From Clostridia bacterium (GTDB taxonomy: Bacteria; Bacillota; Clostridia; Christensenellales; CAG-138), in assembly GCA_036652795.1 (NCBI GenBank), contig JAVVVD010000003.1, positions 42,864 through 106,863 on the forward strand: 64,000 nt of DNA, in the 5' to 3' direction. The notes beneath the pieces were generated by a model. The model made no database searches. It was given only the letters and a program-made list of their open reading frames with translations, and was not told where the DNA came from. Made by a program: the position numbers and the translations under genes. Position 1 is the first letter of the stretch. Each line of letters opens with the position of its first letter. Shown piece after piece: positions 19,035-27,687 of this stretch.

Positions 19035-19270
19035 AGCTTGTTGGCTCAGTTGGCCACTTTGGCCTTGCGGTGTGAGGGAATGAGCCGGTTTTGGTAGTTT
19101 TATATGGGTTGTTGGCTCAGTTGGCCGCCTTGGCCTTACGGTGTGAGGGAATGAGCCGGTTTTGGTAGTTTTAAATGAGCCGGTTTGATAATTTTGTATG
19201 GGTTGTTAGCTCAGCTGGCCACCTTGGCCTTACGGGTGTGAGGAATGAGCCGGTTTTGATAATTTTATAT
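19035..19270 (+). repeat. three tandem tRNA-Lys-derived degenerate units (about 71, 94 and 71 nt)
   Basis: Units start near 19035, 19106 and 19200. Each opens with the first ~19 nt of the downstream tRNA-Lys (GGGTTGTTRGCTCAGYTGG), then ..CCTTGGCCTTRCGGTGTGAGGGAATGAGCCGGTTTTG.. The middle unit has an internal 23-nt duplication. Confidence 0.8.
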
Positions 19271-19346
19271 GGGTTGTTAGCTCAGCTGGTAGAGCACCTG
19301 ACTCTTAATCAGGGTGTCCAGGGTTCGAGCCCCTGACGACCCACCA
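19271..19346 (+). tRNA. tRNA-Lys (anticodon CTT), CCA encoded
   Basis: Acceptor GGGTTGT/ACGACCC, D arm GCTC-AGCTGGTA-GAGC, anticodon arm CCTGA-CTCTTAA-TCAGG, T arm CCAGG-GTTCGAG-CCCTG. Confidence 0.9.
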
Positions 19347-19350
19347 AAAT

Positions 19351-19381
19351 AAAGCAGCGTCTGAATGACGCTGCTTTATTT
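19351..19381 (+). terminator. intrinsic terminator of the tRNA operon
   Basis: AAAGCAGCGTC-TGAAT-GACGCTGCTTT hairpin followed by a T-rich tail. Confidence 0.75.
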
Positions 19382-19503
19382 ATGTTATATGTATATGAAC
19401 ACACCATGAATACATAGCATGGCTACTTGACTGACCCAATCATAGAAGGTATCATGAAATATATAGCGAATTCGGTTTATTCTTGTAGATTTTGGGTATA
19501 ATA

Positions 19504-21261
19504 ATGAAAAAAAATATTCGGCGTATAACAATAGTAGTCGTCCTTATTGTGGCATTGACATTTGCGATGCCCGTGTTTGCGGCTGCCTTTCATACAGATA
19601 TACGTGTTTTGCTCTCCGTTGGCTCCGCTTCCTCAATCACTTTTACCGTGTCAGGTGATTATTACGTAGCACAATACCCTGATTTTTCAGTTTCATCCGG
19701 TAAAGCCACCGTTTTTATCAAGGGCAATAGACCTGTACTCGCCTGCGATGGAAAAGAGATTACGTCATCAGCTATAACGCTTATCAACCGCGATTATGCA
19801 AAAACCTCATCACACATAGTTATAGATAACGATAAGTACGGCAAATGCGCATACCTTGGAAACGTTACGTTTGATGCTTCAGATGGTGCTGTGCGCGTGA
19901 TCAACACGCTACCAATAGAACAATATCTCTATGGTGTAGTCCCCTATGAGATGAGCAACACATTCCCACTTGAAGCGCTCAAAGCGCAGGCTGTCTGTGC
20001 ACGCGGCTATGCGGTATCCAACTGTTCAGCATACGGGCCGCGCGCATATGATATAGGCGATACCTCTTCAGATCAGGTCTACCATGGCTATGTCAGCAAA
20101 TATACCCGCGCGATCTCCGCCGTAGATGAAACGCACGGACAGGTGCTTACATACGATGGCGATATCATACAGGCGTATTATTCCGCCTCAAACGGCGGAC
20201 AGACTGAGCTTACCGGGAATGTGTGGAAAAGCAACCTCCCATACTATGTTCATAGGGACGATATATACGATCTGCAAAACGCATCCAGCCTTGAGGAAAG
20301 ATCCTTTATACCCGCCACATTCACGTATGAAACTATGGGGCTTATGGATAGGCCAGTGCTAAGCGCACTGCAATCTGGCGCAAACATCGCCGCCGGTGAA
20401 GCTGTAAAACTGCTTTCCGTTGTGCGTATCAAGGCTCACACATCAAAGTTTGATGCGCCCAGCCGCATCTATACAAAAGCCGATATAGTCCTTAATGTCG
20501 CAAACAGCGCCAATCATGAGGGGCAACTCACTTTTACTATAGATCTCAACAATTTCGTGAAGACGGACGCCAACCCATCCGGCATATTCAACTCGCAAGG
20601 GCGCACACTGCGCATGCGCGGCGCGGAGCAAGGCATTTTGAGCGTTGATAATATCCAATACCCTGGCTGGTTTCTTACAAACCGCAGATATGGGCATGGA
20701 GTCGGCCTGAGCCAACGCGGCGCACAGCAACGCGCTACAGGCGGACAGCCATATGCCGATATGCTTGACTTTTATTATGCCGATACACAGCTTTGCTCGA
20801 TAGGCACATATGCCGATGCGCCCACGCTTACAAGCAGCACCTATATCATTTCAGAAAGCGGTGTAAGCGGCATCTCTCCTGGCACGTCGCCGAGTGAGCT
20901 TATTGGCCGTCTGAAAACAGCTGGAGAGCGCATATATCTGGTTTCATCACATGGTGCGCAAAAAACCGACGGACTCGTTTCTACCGGCAGCTACGTGCGC
21001 ACTGTATATGGCGATGGTTCCTCTTATTTTGATCTTCCCGTGATACTGTACGGTGATATAAATGGCGATGGACAAATTACCACCGACGATATGGATGCTC
21101 TGATGCAGCATCTTTTGAACGCACGAAGGCTTACCGGCGCATATCTGCTTGCGGCGGATATCAATCACGATGGCACAGTGGACGCTATCGACGCGCTGCG
21201 ACTGCAAAAGCATCTGCAGCATGTGCTTATCATAGAGCAACATGGAGGTATCACAGAATGA
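19504..21261 (+). CDS. secreted SpoIID/LytB-domain protein with C-terminal dockerin
   Basis: Signal peptide MKKNIRRITIVVVLIVALTFAMPVFAAA. SpoIID motifs EQYLYGVVPYEM, YYSASNGGQTE and GHGVGLSQRGA. Two dockerin EF-hand-like repeats: DINGDGQITTDDMDALMQHLL and DINHDGTVDAIDALRLQKHL. Confidence 0.85.
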   Translation: MKKNIRRITIVVVLIVALTFAMPVFAAAFHTDIRVLLSVGSASSITFTVSGDYYVAQYPDFSVSSGKATVFIKGNRPVLACDGKEITSSAITLINRDYAKTSSHIVIDNDKYGKCAYLGNVTFDASDGAVRVINTLPIEQYLYGVVPYEMSNTFPLEALKAQAVCARGYAVSNCSAYGPRAYDIGDTSSDQVYHGYVSKYTRAISAVDETHGQVLTYDGDIIQAYYSASNGGQTELTGNVWKSNLPYYVHRDDIYDLQNASSLEERSFIPATFTYETMGLMDRPVLSALQSGANIAAGEAVKLLSVVRIKAHTSKFDAPSRIYTKADIVLNVANSANHEGQLTFTIDLNNFVKTDANPSGIFNSQGRTLRMRGAEQGILSVDNIQYPGWFLTNRRYGHGVGLSQRGAQQRATGGQPYADMLDFYYADTQLCSIGTYADAPTLTSSTYIISESGVSGISPGTSPSELIGRLKTAGERIYLVSSHGAQKTDGLVSTGSYVRTVYGDGSSYFDLPVILYGDINGDGQITTDDMDALMQHLLNARRLTGAYLLAADINHDGTVDAIDALRLQKHLQHVLIIEQHGGITE

Positions 21262-22466
21262 ATAACCTATCATTGCCAGGTGCCGTATGGCGGCGCAAGG
21301 CGTTTGCGCTAATACTCGTCTTGATTTTTGCTATTTTACCCACTGCCACAGTCCTTGCAACAGAGGTGTCCGTAGAAGCGGATTCCACAGCTGTTAAGGC
21401 AGGCGATAATGTTACGCTTACTGTGGTGGTTTCAGGCGATGGCCTTGCCGCGGTTCAAGGCGCTTTTTCATATGATCCTGCAATCCTCACGTTTGTTAGC
21501 GGCCTTGGCGGCGCATCTGATGGATACATAAGCATCGTATCGGCACAAAAGGGTGGATCGCCATCCCTTACCGCCGTAGTTAAATTTATTGCCATAAGCG
21601 CGGGTGAAGCGCCCATATCAGTATCAATTGATAGTGCGCTAGATTATAATGAGCAGCCGCTTGGCACAGCCCAGAGCGCAGTGAATATCACCGTCACGGG
21701 AACTGCTCCCCTTGCATCAGGAACTGATGATGAAAGCACCCCGCCACCTATTACAGTGGATTATTCGCAGACCGGCGTACCCGCAAACAACGTTGATGGC
21801 GCCACCGTGCCTATGTATATATGGCGCTCGTTGACCGACCTTACTCTACCCTCCAACTATGCGGACAAACAGGTAAGTTATGCTGGCGAATTCGTTGGCG
21901 GGGCTATCATCCCCGATACCGACGCCCCTACATTGCTTTATCTTTCTGATGCTCATGGTGAAAATGCCGGCTATTATATATATGATATCAACCACGATAC
22001 GCTCTACCCCTATATCACGCTAAGTTCAGTGCTAGCTTCATTCACTCTTATCAAGCCTGATAATGGCGTAATGCCACCCTATGGTTACGAGGCAACAACC
22101 CTTGAGCTAAACGACAAGCAGCTCCCCGCATGGAAGCTAATCGGCAGTGACGACGCTTTTTATCTTGTTTATGCGCGCAATTCAGCCGGTGAAACAGGTT
22201 TTTATATCTATAGCAAAGCGGACAAGTCAGTGCAACGGTATATCGCCCCGCCCGCACCCATTCCAGCGCCCACCTCTCAGCCAGAGAATACGCCGGATAA
22301 GGTCTCCGTTATCACGCTTAGCCGCACGCTGCTCATTGCACTTTGCTCGACCACCTGCGCCTTACTGCTTACCACGCTTTATCTCATCATATGGCCGCCA
22401 CGCAGGAAAAAGCGCCGCAAGAAGGCTAAACCTCAACCGCCGGTATCCGCGGATCAATCAAGCTGA
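21258..22466 (+). CDS. cohesin-domain protein with C-terminal membrane anchor
   Basis: The ATG overlaps the SpoIID stop (ATGA). N-terminal signal/TM helix. Cohesin-like VSVEADSTAVKAGDNVTLTVVVSGDGLAAVQGAFSYDPAILTFVSG. Pro-rich linker, C-terminal TM helix and RRKKRRKK tail. Confidence 0.7.
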   Translation: MNNLSLPGAVWRRKAFALILVLIFAILPTATVLATEVSVEADSTAVKAGDNVTLTVVVSGDGLAAVQGAFSYDPAILTFVSGLGGASDGYISIVSAQKGGSPSLTAVVKFIAISAGEAPISVSIDSALDYNEQPLGTAQSAVNITVTGTAPLASGTDDESTPPPITVDYSQTGVPANNVDGATVPMYIWRSLTDLTLPSNYADKQVSYAGEFVGGAIIPDTDAPTLLYLSDAHGENAGYYIYDINHDTLYPYITLSSVLASFTLIKPDNGVMPPYGYEATTLELNDKQLPAWKLIGSDDAFYLVYARNSAGETGFYIYSKADKSVQRYIAPPAPIPAPTSQPENTPDKVSVITLSRTLLIALCSTTCALLLTTLYLIIWPPRRKKRRKKAKPQPPVSADQSS

Positions 22467-22684
22467 TATCCCCCACACACAAAATTCCAGCGCCCTGCAT
22501 TTAATCTGCGGAGCGCTTTGATTTTTTATTTATTTTGCAATACTTCCGTATGTTTTTCAACAAATGCACTCATGCACTCAATCTTATCTATCGCTGTTGA
22601 TGTGCTTGGCAGTTGTATTCATCTGCCAAAAAAATAACGCCTTTACGGTTCAAATTATCTTTTAAATCATGTTATAATTACCAT

Positions 22685-23362
22685 ATGGAAATACTACATG
22701 TGTCCAATGCAGGGGTATTGATAAAAGCAAATGAATGCCGTATACTGATCGACGCGCTGCACACAGACGCCGTGCCGCCCTATACCGGCAGTGACATGCG
22801 GCTCATCCGTGATGTATCTGTGGATTATTTGATATTCACTCATATGCATCGGGATCATTTTGACGCGGCACTTACGGTGGATTATCTTGAGCGTCACAGG
22901 TATACGCGTGTAATATGCGGCAGCGATGTGCAAAACGCACTATGCCTTGCAGGCGTTGACGCGTCACGCTTTGTGTATGGCGATAAGGTGTGCATAACAA
23001 GCGATATTGCCGTATATCGGTTTTCAACAAGGCATATAGGTGCTAAATATGCAAATACCGAACATTATTCGTTCATAATAAGTACATCGCCATCACTGCT
23101 TATAGCAGGCGATGCTTCGCCTATACTCTCAAATTTTTCCGGTGTCACCGCTGATGTGGCGATTGTTCCCTTTGCGTATGCCATGACTGTGGCGGCATTT
23201 CGCATCATAAGGGATGTAATACGGCCCATGGCGGCCGTTATCGTCCATTTGCCAGAACCATCCGCCGATCCTGATGGTCTTAATGGGCAAATATTGTGCG
23301 GAATAGATACGCGTGGAATTGATATCTACCGCCCACTTATAGGGGAAACGGTAATACTATAG
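22685..23362 (+). CDS. MBL-fold metallo-hydrolase
   Basis: Trimmed to MEILHVSNAGVLIK. Contains the HxHxDH motif (HMHRDHFD). Confidence 0.7.
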   Translation: MEILHVSNAGVLIKANECRILIDALHTDAVPPYTGSDMRLIRDVSVDYLIFTHMHRDHFDAALTVDYLERHRYTRVICGSDVQNALCLAGVDASRFVYGDKVCITSDIAVYRFSTRHIGAKYANTEHYSFIISTSPSLLIAGDASPILSNFSGVTADVAIVPFAYAMTVAAFRIIRDVIRPMAAVIVHLPEPSADPDGLNGQILCGIDTRGIDIYRPLIGETVIL

Positions 23363-23419
23363 TATTCTAGCCGCCGCAAAAGTAGCATTGCATTGCTTAT
23401 GCGGCTTGTTTGTGCGCGG

Positions 23420-23448
23420 TTTACATTTGTTTGCGCGGATGATATACT
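23420..23448 (+). promoter_or_regulatory. sigma-A-like promoter of the cobU operon
   Basis: TTTACA, a 17-nt spacer, then TATACT, 29 nt upstream of the cobU ATG. There is no room for a riboswitch. Confidence 0.45.
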
Positions 23449-23476
23449 TGCATCAAAATTCAAAAGGCAGATTGAA

Positions 23477-23989
23477 ATGCTTATTCTTGTTTCAGGTAAA
23501 AACAGCAGCGGCAAAAGCGCGTATGCGGAAAAGATCGCAGTGCGCTTTGACGGCACACGCTATTATATCGCCACAATGATCCCACACGGAAGCGGTGGGC
23601 TTGAGCGTATTGTCAAGCATCGGCGTCAACGTGAGGGGATGGGCTTCATCACACTTGAGCAAACGCAAAATATCAGCTCTTTGCAGCTTGAAGATGGGTG
23701 TGCAGTGCTGCTTGAGGATGTTTCGAATCTACTTGCAAACGCCATGTTTGCAAGCGACAATAGCTCTGACGCAGTATTAGCTGATATCCGTGCTCTATGC
23801 GCGCGCTGCTGCCCCGTAGTTGCCGTAACCATCAGCGGGCTTTGCGCCGATGATTACAGCGGCGAAACGCGTGCCTATGTCACCCAGCTTAACCGATTAA
23901 ATACCGAGCTTTATGCCATTGCGGATACCGTAGTGCAGCTTGACGGCGGCAATCCTGTGCTGTTGAAGGGAGCTGTGTTACCGGTTTGA
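23477..23989 (+). CDS. cobU: adenosylcobinamide kinase / adenosylcobinamide-phosphate guanylyltransferase
   Basis: Trimmed to MLILVSGKNSSGKSAYAE (P-loop). About 170 aa as expected. First gene of the cob cluster. Confidence 0.8.
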   Translation: MLILVSGKNSSGKSAYAEKIAVRFDGTRYYIATMIPHGSGGLERIVKHRRQREGMGFITLEQTQNISSLQLEDGCAVLLEDVSNLLANAMFASDNSSDAVLADIRALCARCCPVVAVTISGLCADDYSGETRAYVTQLNRLNTELYAIADTVVQLDGGNPVLLKGAVLPV

Positions 23990-24744
23990 TCAAAGCATTG
24001 TTCATTGCGCTATCCACCTATTCCGTGCTACCTGTCCCGCATTTTGACTGGGCTGAGCGCAACATGCGCTATTCCATTTGCTTTCTGCCCGCTGTTGGAA
24101 TATTCTCAGGCGGCGCACTGTTATTGTGGTCCTATATCTGCGCACGCATAGGCGTTGGCAGTATACTGTTTGCGGCAGTGGCTACCATACTTCCACTGCT
24201 TATCACCGGCGGCATCCATATGGATGGCTTTATGGACACCGTGGATGCGCTGGCTTCCCATAAAAGCAAAGAGCTTAAACTGCAAATTCTAAAGGACCCG
24301 CATGCCGGCGCATTCGCCGTGATCTACTGTGGTGCATATCTGTTGATATGCTTTGGGTTGTATACTCAGTTATACCGCTCAGCCGCGTTGCCCGTGGTGT
24401 GCATTGGGTTTGTGCTTTCCCGCGCACTGTCCTCATTCTGTGCTTGCGCACTCGTCGGCGCGCGCACTAGCGGTATGCTCAATGCTTTCACCCAGCATAT
24501 TAACAAGTGCGCAGCGCTAAGCGCCATGGGAATTGTTATTGCCCTGTGCATAGCCAGCATGATATGGCTGCATCCGCTTGCTGGTGTGCTGTGTGCGCTG
24601 CTGTGCATGCTATGCTGCATAATTTATCGCGCGGTGGCGCTAAATCAATTTGGCGGTGTTACAGGGGATACGGCGGGCTTTTTTTTGCAGCTTGCTGAAT
24701 TATTAATACTTATCGGCACATGTGCGGCGGGGTTTGCAGCATGA
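23986..24744 (+). CDS. cobS: adenosylcobinamide-GDP ribazoletransferase (cobalamin synthase)
   Basis: Polytopic, 252 aa, with the GGIHMDGFMDTVDAL motif. The TTG start overlaps the cobU stop. Confidence 0.85.
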   Translation: MIKALFIALSTYSVLPVPHFDWAERNMRYSICFLPAVGIFSGGALLLWSYICARIGVGSILFAAVATILPLLITGGIHMDGFMDTVDALASHKSKELKLQILKDPHAGAFAVIYCGAYLLICFGLYTQLYRSAALPVVCIGFVLSRALSSFCACALVGARTSGMLNAFTQHINKCAALSAMGIVIALCIASMIWLHPLAGVLCALLCMLCCIIYRAVALNQFGGVTGDTAGFFLQLAELLILIGTCAAGFAA

Positions 24745-25310
24745 AGATACTATTGATTCGCCACGGCCAGACCCGTGGCAACTTCGAAAAGCGCTATATA
24801 GGTAGAACCGATCAACCACTTGATGCGCTAGGTGAGCAGCAAGCACGCGCACTTTTGCTATCTGGCGCGCTGCCGCATGCCGATTCGCTTACGGTTAGCC
24901 CCTATCTTAGGTGCAGACAGACCGCCGCACTTGTTTTTCCCAATATGCCCTTTACAATTGAAGATGATATACGCGAATGCGACTTTGGCGAGTTTGAAGC
25001 AAAAACGGCTGATGAGTTGACTGAAAACAGCGCATACAATGCATGGCTGGCATCCGGATGCACCGCAGCCATTCCCGGAGGCGAGAGTATAGTTGAATTC
25101 AAAGCTCGCTGCGCCCGTGCCTTTAAGCGCCATGCCGTCCTTGGCGAATACGCGGCGTTCGTTACACACGGAGGCTGCATAATGGCCATATTGGAGCAGT
25201 TTGCTTTGCCCAAGCGCAGCTTTTACGAATATTACATCCCCAATTGTGGCTTTGTGCTGTGTGATTACGATGGTTCAAGCCTCACAATAGCTAGCGGTGC
25301 GTTATGTTGA
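24741..25310 (+). CDS. cobC: histidine-phosphatase family alpha-ribazole phosphatase
   Basis: Trimmed to MKILLIRHGQTRGN (RHG motif). The ATGA overlaps the cobS stop. Lies within the cob cluster. Confidence 0.75.
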   Translation: MKILLIRHGQTRGNFEKRYIGRTDQPLDALGEQQARALLLSGALPHADSLTVSPYLRCRQTAALVFPNMPFTIEDDIRECDFGEFEAKTADELTENSAYNAWLASGCTAAIPGGESIVEFKARCARAFKRHAVLGEYAAFVTHGGCIMAILEQFALPKRSFYEYYIPNCGFVLCDYDGSSLTIASGALC

Positions 25311-26275
25311 TCTACTCAAGTGCGGCCATCGCGATAGGCTTTATTCTGGATCTGCTTCTTGGAGATCCGCATAACTTTCCCCATATAATACGTATGATTG
25401 GCTGGCTTATTGCCCGCCTTGAATGTGCGCTTAGAAAGGCACTGCCCCATACGCCGCGCGGCGAACGTGCTGGAGGTGTGCTGCTGATGCTGTTTGTGGC
25501 GTTGATTTGCACCGGAGTGCCCTTTGCGCTGCTATTTTTTGCATACAGCGCTTCACCGTGGTTCGGCATGGCAATTGAAAGCCTGATCTGCTATCAGCTG
25601 CTTGCCACAAAAAATCTCAAAGATGAGAGCATGAAGGTATATTTAAGCCTTGTGCGCGGCGACCTTATGCAAGCGCGGAGTGATGTTTCCATGATAGTTG
25701 GACGGGATACTGATGAACTTGATGAAGCGGGCATAACCCGCGCGGCTGTTGAAACCGTTGCGGAAAACACCGCGGATGGCTGCATTGCGCCAATGCTGTA
25801 TATCATGCTTGGAGGCGCTGCGCTCGGGTGCCTATATAAGGCGGTAAACACGATGGACTCCATGGTTGGCTATAAGAATGAACGGTATATTGACTTTGGC
25901 AGATGCGCCGCCAAATTAGACGACGCTTTAAATTTTTTTCCGGCACGTATCGCTGCCATGCTGATGATATTTGGCGCGGCATTGTGTGGCCTTGACGCCG
26001 GAAACGCCCTGCGCATATACAGGCGAGATCGCAAAAAACATGCAAGCCCAAATTCTGCCCACACCGAAGCCGTAACGGCGGGCGCACTTAACGTACAGCT
26101 TGCTGGCAACGCGCATTACTTTGGTAAGCTGCATGAAAAACCAACTATAGGCGACGCACTACGCCCCATCGAACCAGTCGATATCCGCCGTGTACACAAG
26201 CTGATGTATACCGCCTCAATACTTTCACTTCTGCTGGCATTGCTTGTAAGGGGGTGCTTATATGCTGCGCTATGA
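25304..26275 (+). CDS. cbiB: adenosylcobinamide-phosphate synthase
   Basis: 323-aa membrane protein with the CbiB/CobD-family segment MDSMVGYKNERYIDFG. Overlapping starts and stops with its neighbours. Confidence 0.9.
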   Translation: MLIYSSAAIAIGFILDLLLGDPHNFPHIIRMIGWLIARLECALRKALPHTPRGERAGGVLLMLFVALICTGVPFALLFFAYSASPWFGMAIESLICYQLLATKNLKDESMKVYLSLVRGDLMQARSDVSMIVGRDTDELDEAGITRAAVETVAENTADGCIAPMLYIMLGGAALGCLYKAVNTMDSMVGYKNERYIDFGRCAAKLDDALNFFPARIAAMLMIFGAALCGLDAGNALRIYRRDRKKHASPNSAHTEAVTAGALNVQLAGNAHYFGKLHEKPTIGDALRPIEPVDIRRVHKLMYTASILSLLLALLVRGCLYAAL

Positions 26276-27296
26276 GCATGGCGGCGACGTCTACTCCACC
26301 GCTGGAATACGGCTGGATTTTTCTATAAACCTAAATCCGCTGGGCATGCCGGATGAAATAAAGGCTGCCATCATCCAAAATATCAATAGCTATTGCGCCT
26401 ATCCAGACCCGCTTTGTCGTACACTGTGCGCCGCCATTGCCCATAAAAACAATATAAAAGCCGAACATGTACTGTGTGGCAACGGCGCTGCGGATCTTAT
26501 ATTCAGGCTATGTCTTGCCCTAAGGCCAAATAACGTGCTTCTATGCACACCCACTTTTTCTGAATATGAAAAGGCCGCGCTGCTCTCAGGAGCTAAAACC
26601 ATCTATCACACGCTGCGCGAACAGGACGGCTTTGGCCTTACAGATCGCATACTGGATGCGCTTACCCCAGATATCGACATGCTGTTCTTATGCAATCCCA
26701 ACAATCCCACCGGAGCGCTTGCACCTCGTGGCCTTATCGAAGATATTGCGATGCGCTGCAATAAAAACGGCACGCTGCTTGTGCTTGACGAATGCTTTAT
26801 TGATTTTACAGATGAAAATTCCTATCTGCCATTGATTATTGAATATCCCAACCTCGTTATACTCAGGGCTTTCACCAAGCTATACTCCATGGCAGGACTG
26901 CGGCTCGGCTATATGCTTTGCAGTAATATAACCCTGCTTGCGGCCACAGCGGGCGCGGCACAAACGTGGAGCGTTTCCTCCGCCGCCCAAACCGCCGGAC
27001 TTGCGGCGCTTTCGCTTGACGGATGGGAGGAGAGGACAAAGCGGCTTGTGCGCGCTGAACGCAGCTTCCTAATGGATGGGCTTAGCGCGCTCGGCCTTAC
27101 CGTGTTCCCTTCTAATGCCAACTTCATGCTGTTAAAAAGTGATATATCGCTGTATGAACCCCTGTTGGCGCACGGCATACTCATACGCAGATGCGAAAAT
27201 TTTGCCGGGCTTGACACGCATTTCTTCCGCATAGGCATAAAAACAAGAGAAAAGAATATTGAACTTCTAAGCATGATCGCCAAGTCATTAATGTGA
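26262..27296 (+). CDS. cobD: threonine-phosphate decarboxylase (class I/II aminotransferase fold)
   Basis: 344 aa. PLP-lysine context AFTKLYSMAGLRLGY. Sits immediately downstream of cbiB, as is usual. Confidence 0.8.
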   Translation: MLRYEHGGDVYSTAGIRLDFSINLNPLGMPDEIKAAIIQNINSYCAYPDPLCRTLCAAIAHKNNIKAEHVLCGNGAADLIFRLCLALRPNNVLLCTPTFSEYEKAALLSGAKTIYHTLREQDGFGLTDRILDALTPDIDMLFLCNPNNPTGALAPRGLIEDIAMRCNKNGTLLVLDECFIDFTDENSYLPLIIEYPNLVILRAFTKLYSMAGLRLGYMLCSNITLLAATAGAAQTWSVSSAAQTAGLAALSLDGWEERTKRLVRAERSFLMDGLSALGLTVFPSNANFMLLKSDISLYEPLLAHGILIRRCENFAGLDTHFFRIGIKTREKNIELLSMIAKSLM

Positions 27297-27333
27297 GATT
27301 AATCATAGTACACGCTTATAATATTGATATATA

Positions 27334-27362
27334 TTGACCTTGAATATGCATGGTGATATACT
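27334..27362 (+). promoter_or_regulatory. sigma-A-like promoter preceding the cobalamin riboswitch
   Basis: TTGACC, a 17-nt spacer, then TATACT. Confidence 0.55.
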
Positions 27363-27380
27363 GCGTGTAAATGAATAGCT

Positions 27381-27640
27381 TGTGTATCTGCACAAATTGT
27401 GCTGGCGCGTATGCGCCAAGGGAACACGGATGCAAATTCCGGACTATCCCAGTAACCGTGAAGCGGACGAAATGGCAACAAGTCACTGTCAGTAGATGGG
27501 AAGGCGCCAAAGTAGGATGATGCTAAGTCGGGAAACCTGTTTACACACCAAAACTCCTGGGGATGGGATATCGCTTGCATAGATCATTATATTTCTGTGC
27601 GTACTGGGTTGCCCCTCACTCTTGGGAGGGCAGCTTTTTT
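27381..27640 (+). promoter_or_regulatory. cobalamin (B12) riboswitch with terminator expression platform
   Basis: Conserved blocks AAGGGAACACGGATGCAAATTCCGG, GTCACTG...GGGAAGGCGCC and a B12-box-like GCTAAGTCGGGAAACCTG. Candidate P1 is TGTGTA (27381)/TACACA (27542). Terminator TGCCCCTC..GAGGGCA plus TTTTTT lies at 27609-27640. Confidence 0.8.
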
Positions 27641-27687
27641 GTGCTCCTTCTCAATCTATTCATTGATATTTGAAGGGGGTATTTACT

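Noticed and set aside
18862-19083. 73-aa ORF on the plus strand overlapping tRNA-Gly and the first repeat unit
   Set aside because: It runs straight through a well-folding tRNA gene and the non-coding repeats. It has no SD, so it is an ORF-finder artefact.
19035-19270. Could the 71-nt tandem repeats be a CRISPR array?
   Set aside because: The units are directly abutting with no unique spacers. They are tRNA-derived, and no cas genes are present.
17521-19400. Prophage remnant or integrative island at the tRNA genes (CI-like repressor next to tRNA-Lys with duplicated tRNA fragments)
   Set aside because: No integrase, excisionase or phage structural genes are in the window. The duplicated segments are the 5' part of the tRNA and lie upstream of it, whereas integrase att duplications normally involve the 3' end.
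27299-27580. Minus-strand ORFs (93 and 64 aa) between cobD and btuF
   Set aside because: They lie antisense to a cobalamin riboswitch with conserved sequence blocks. They have no SD and an implausible composition.
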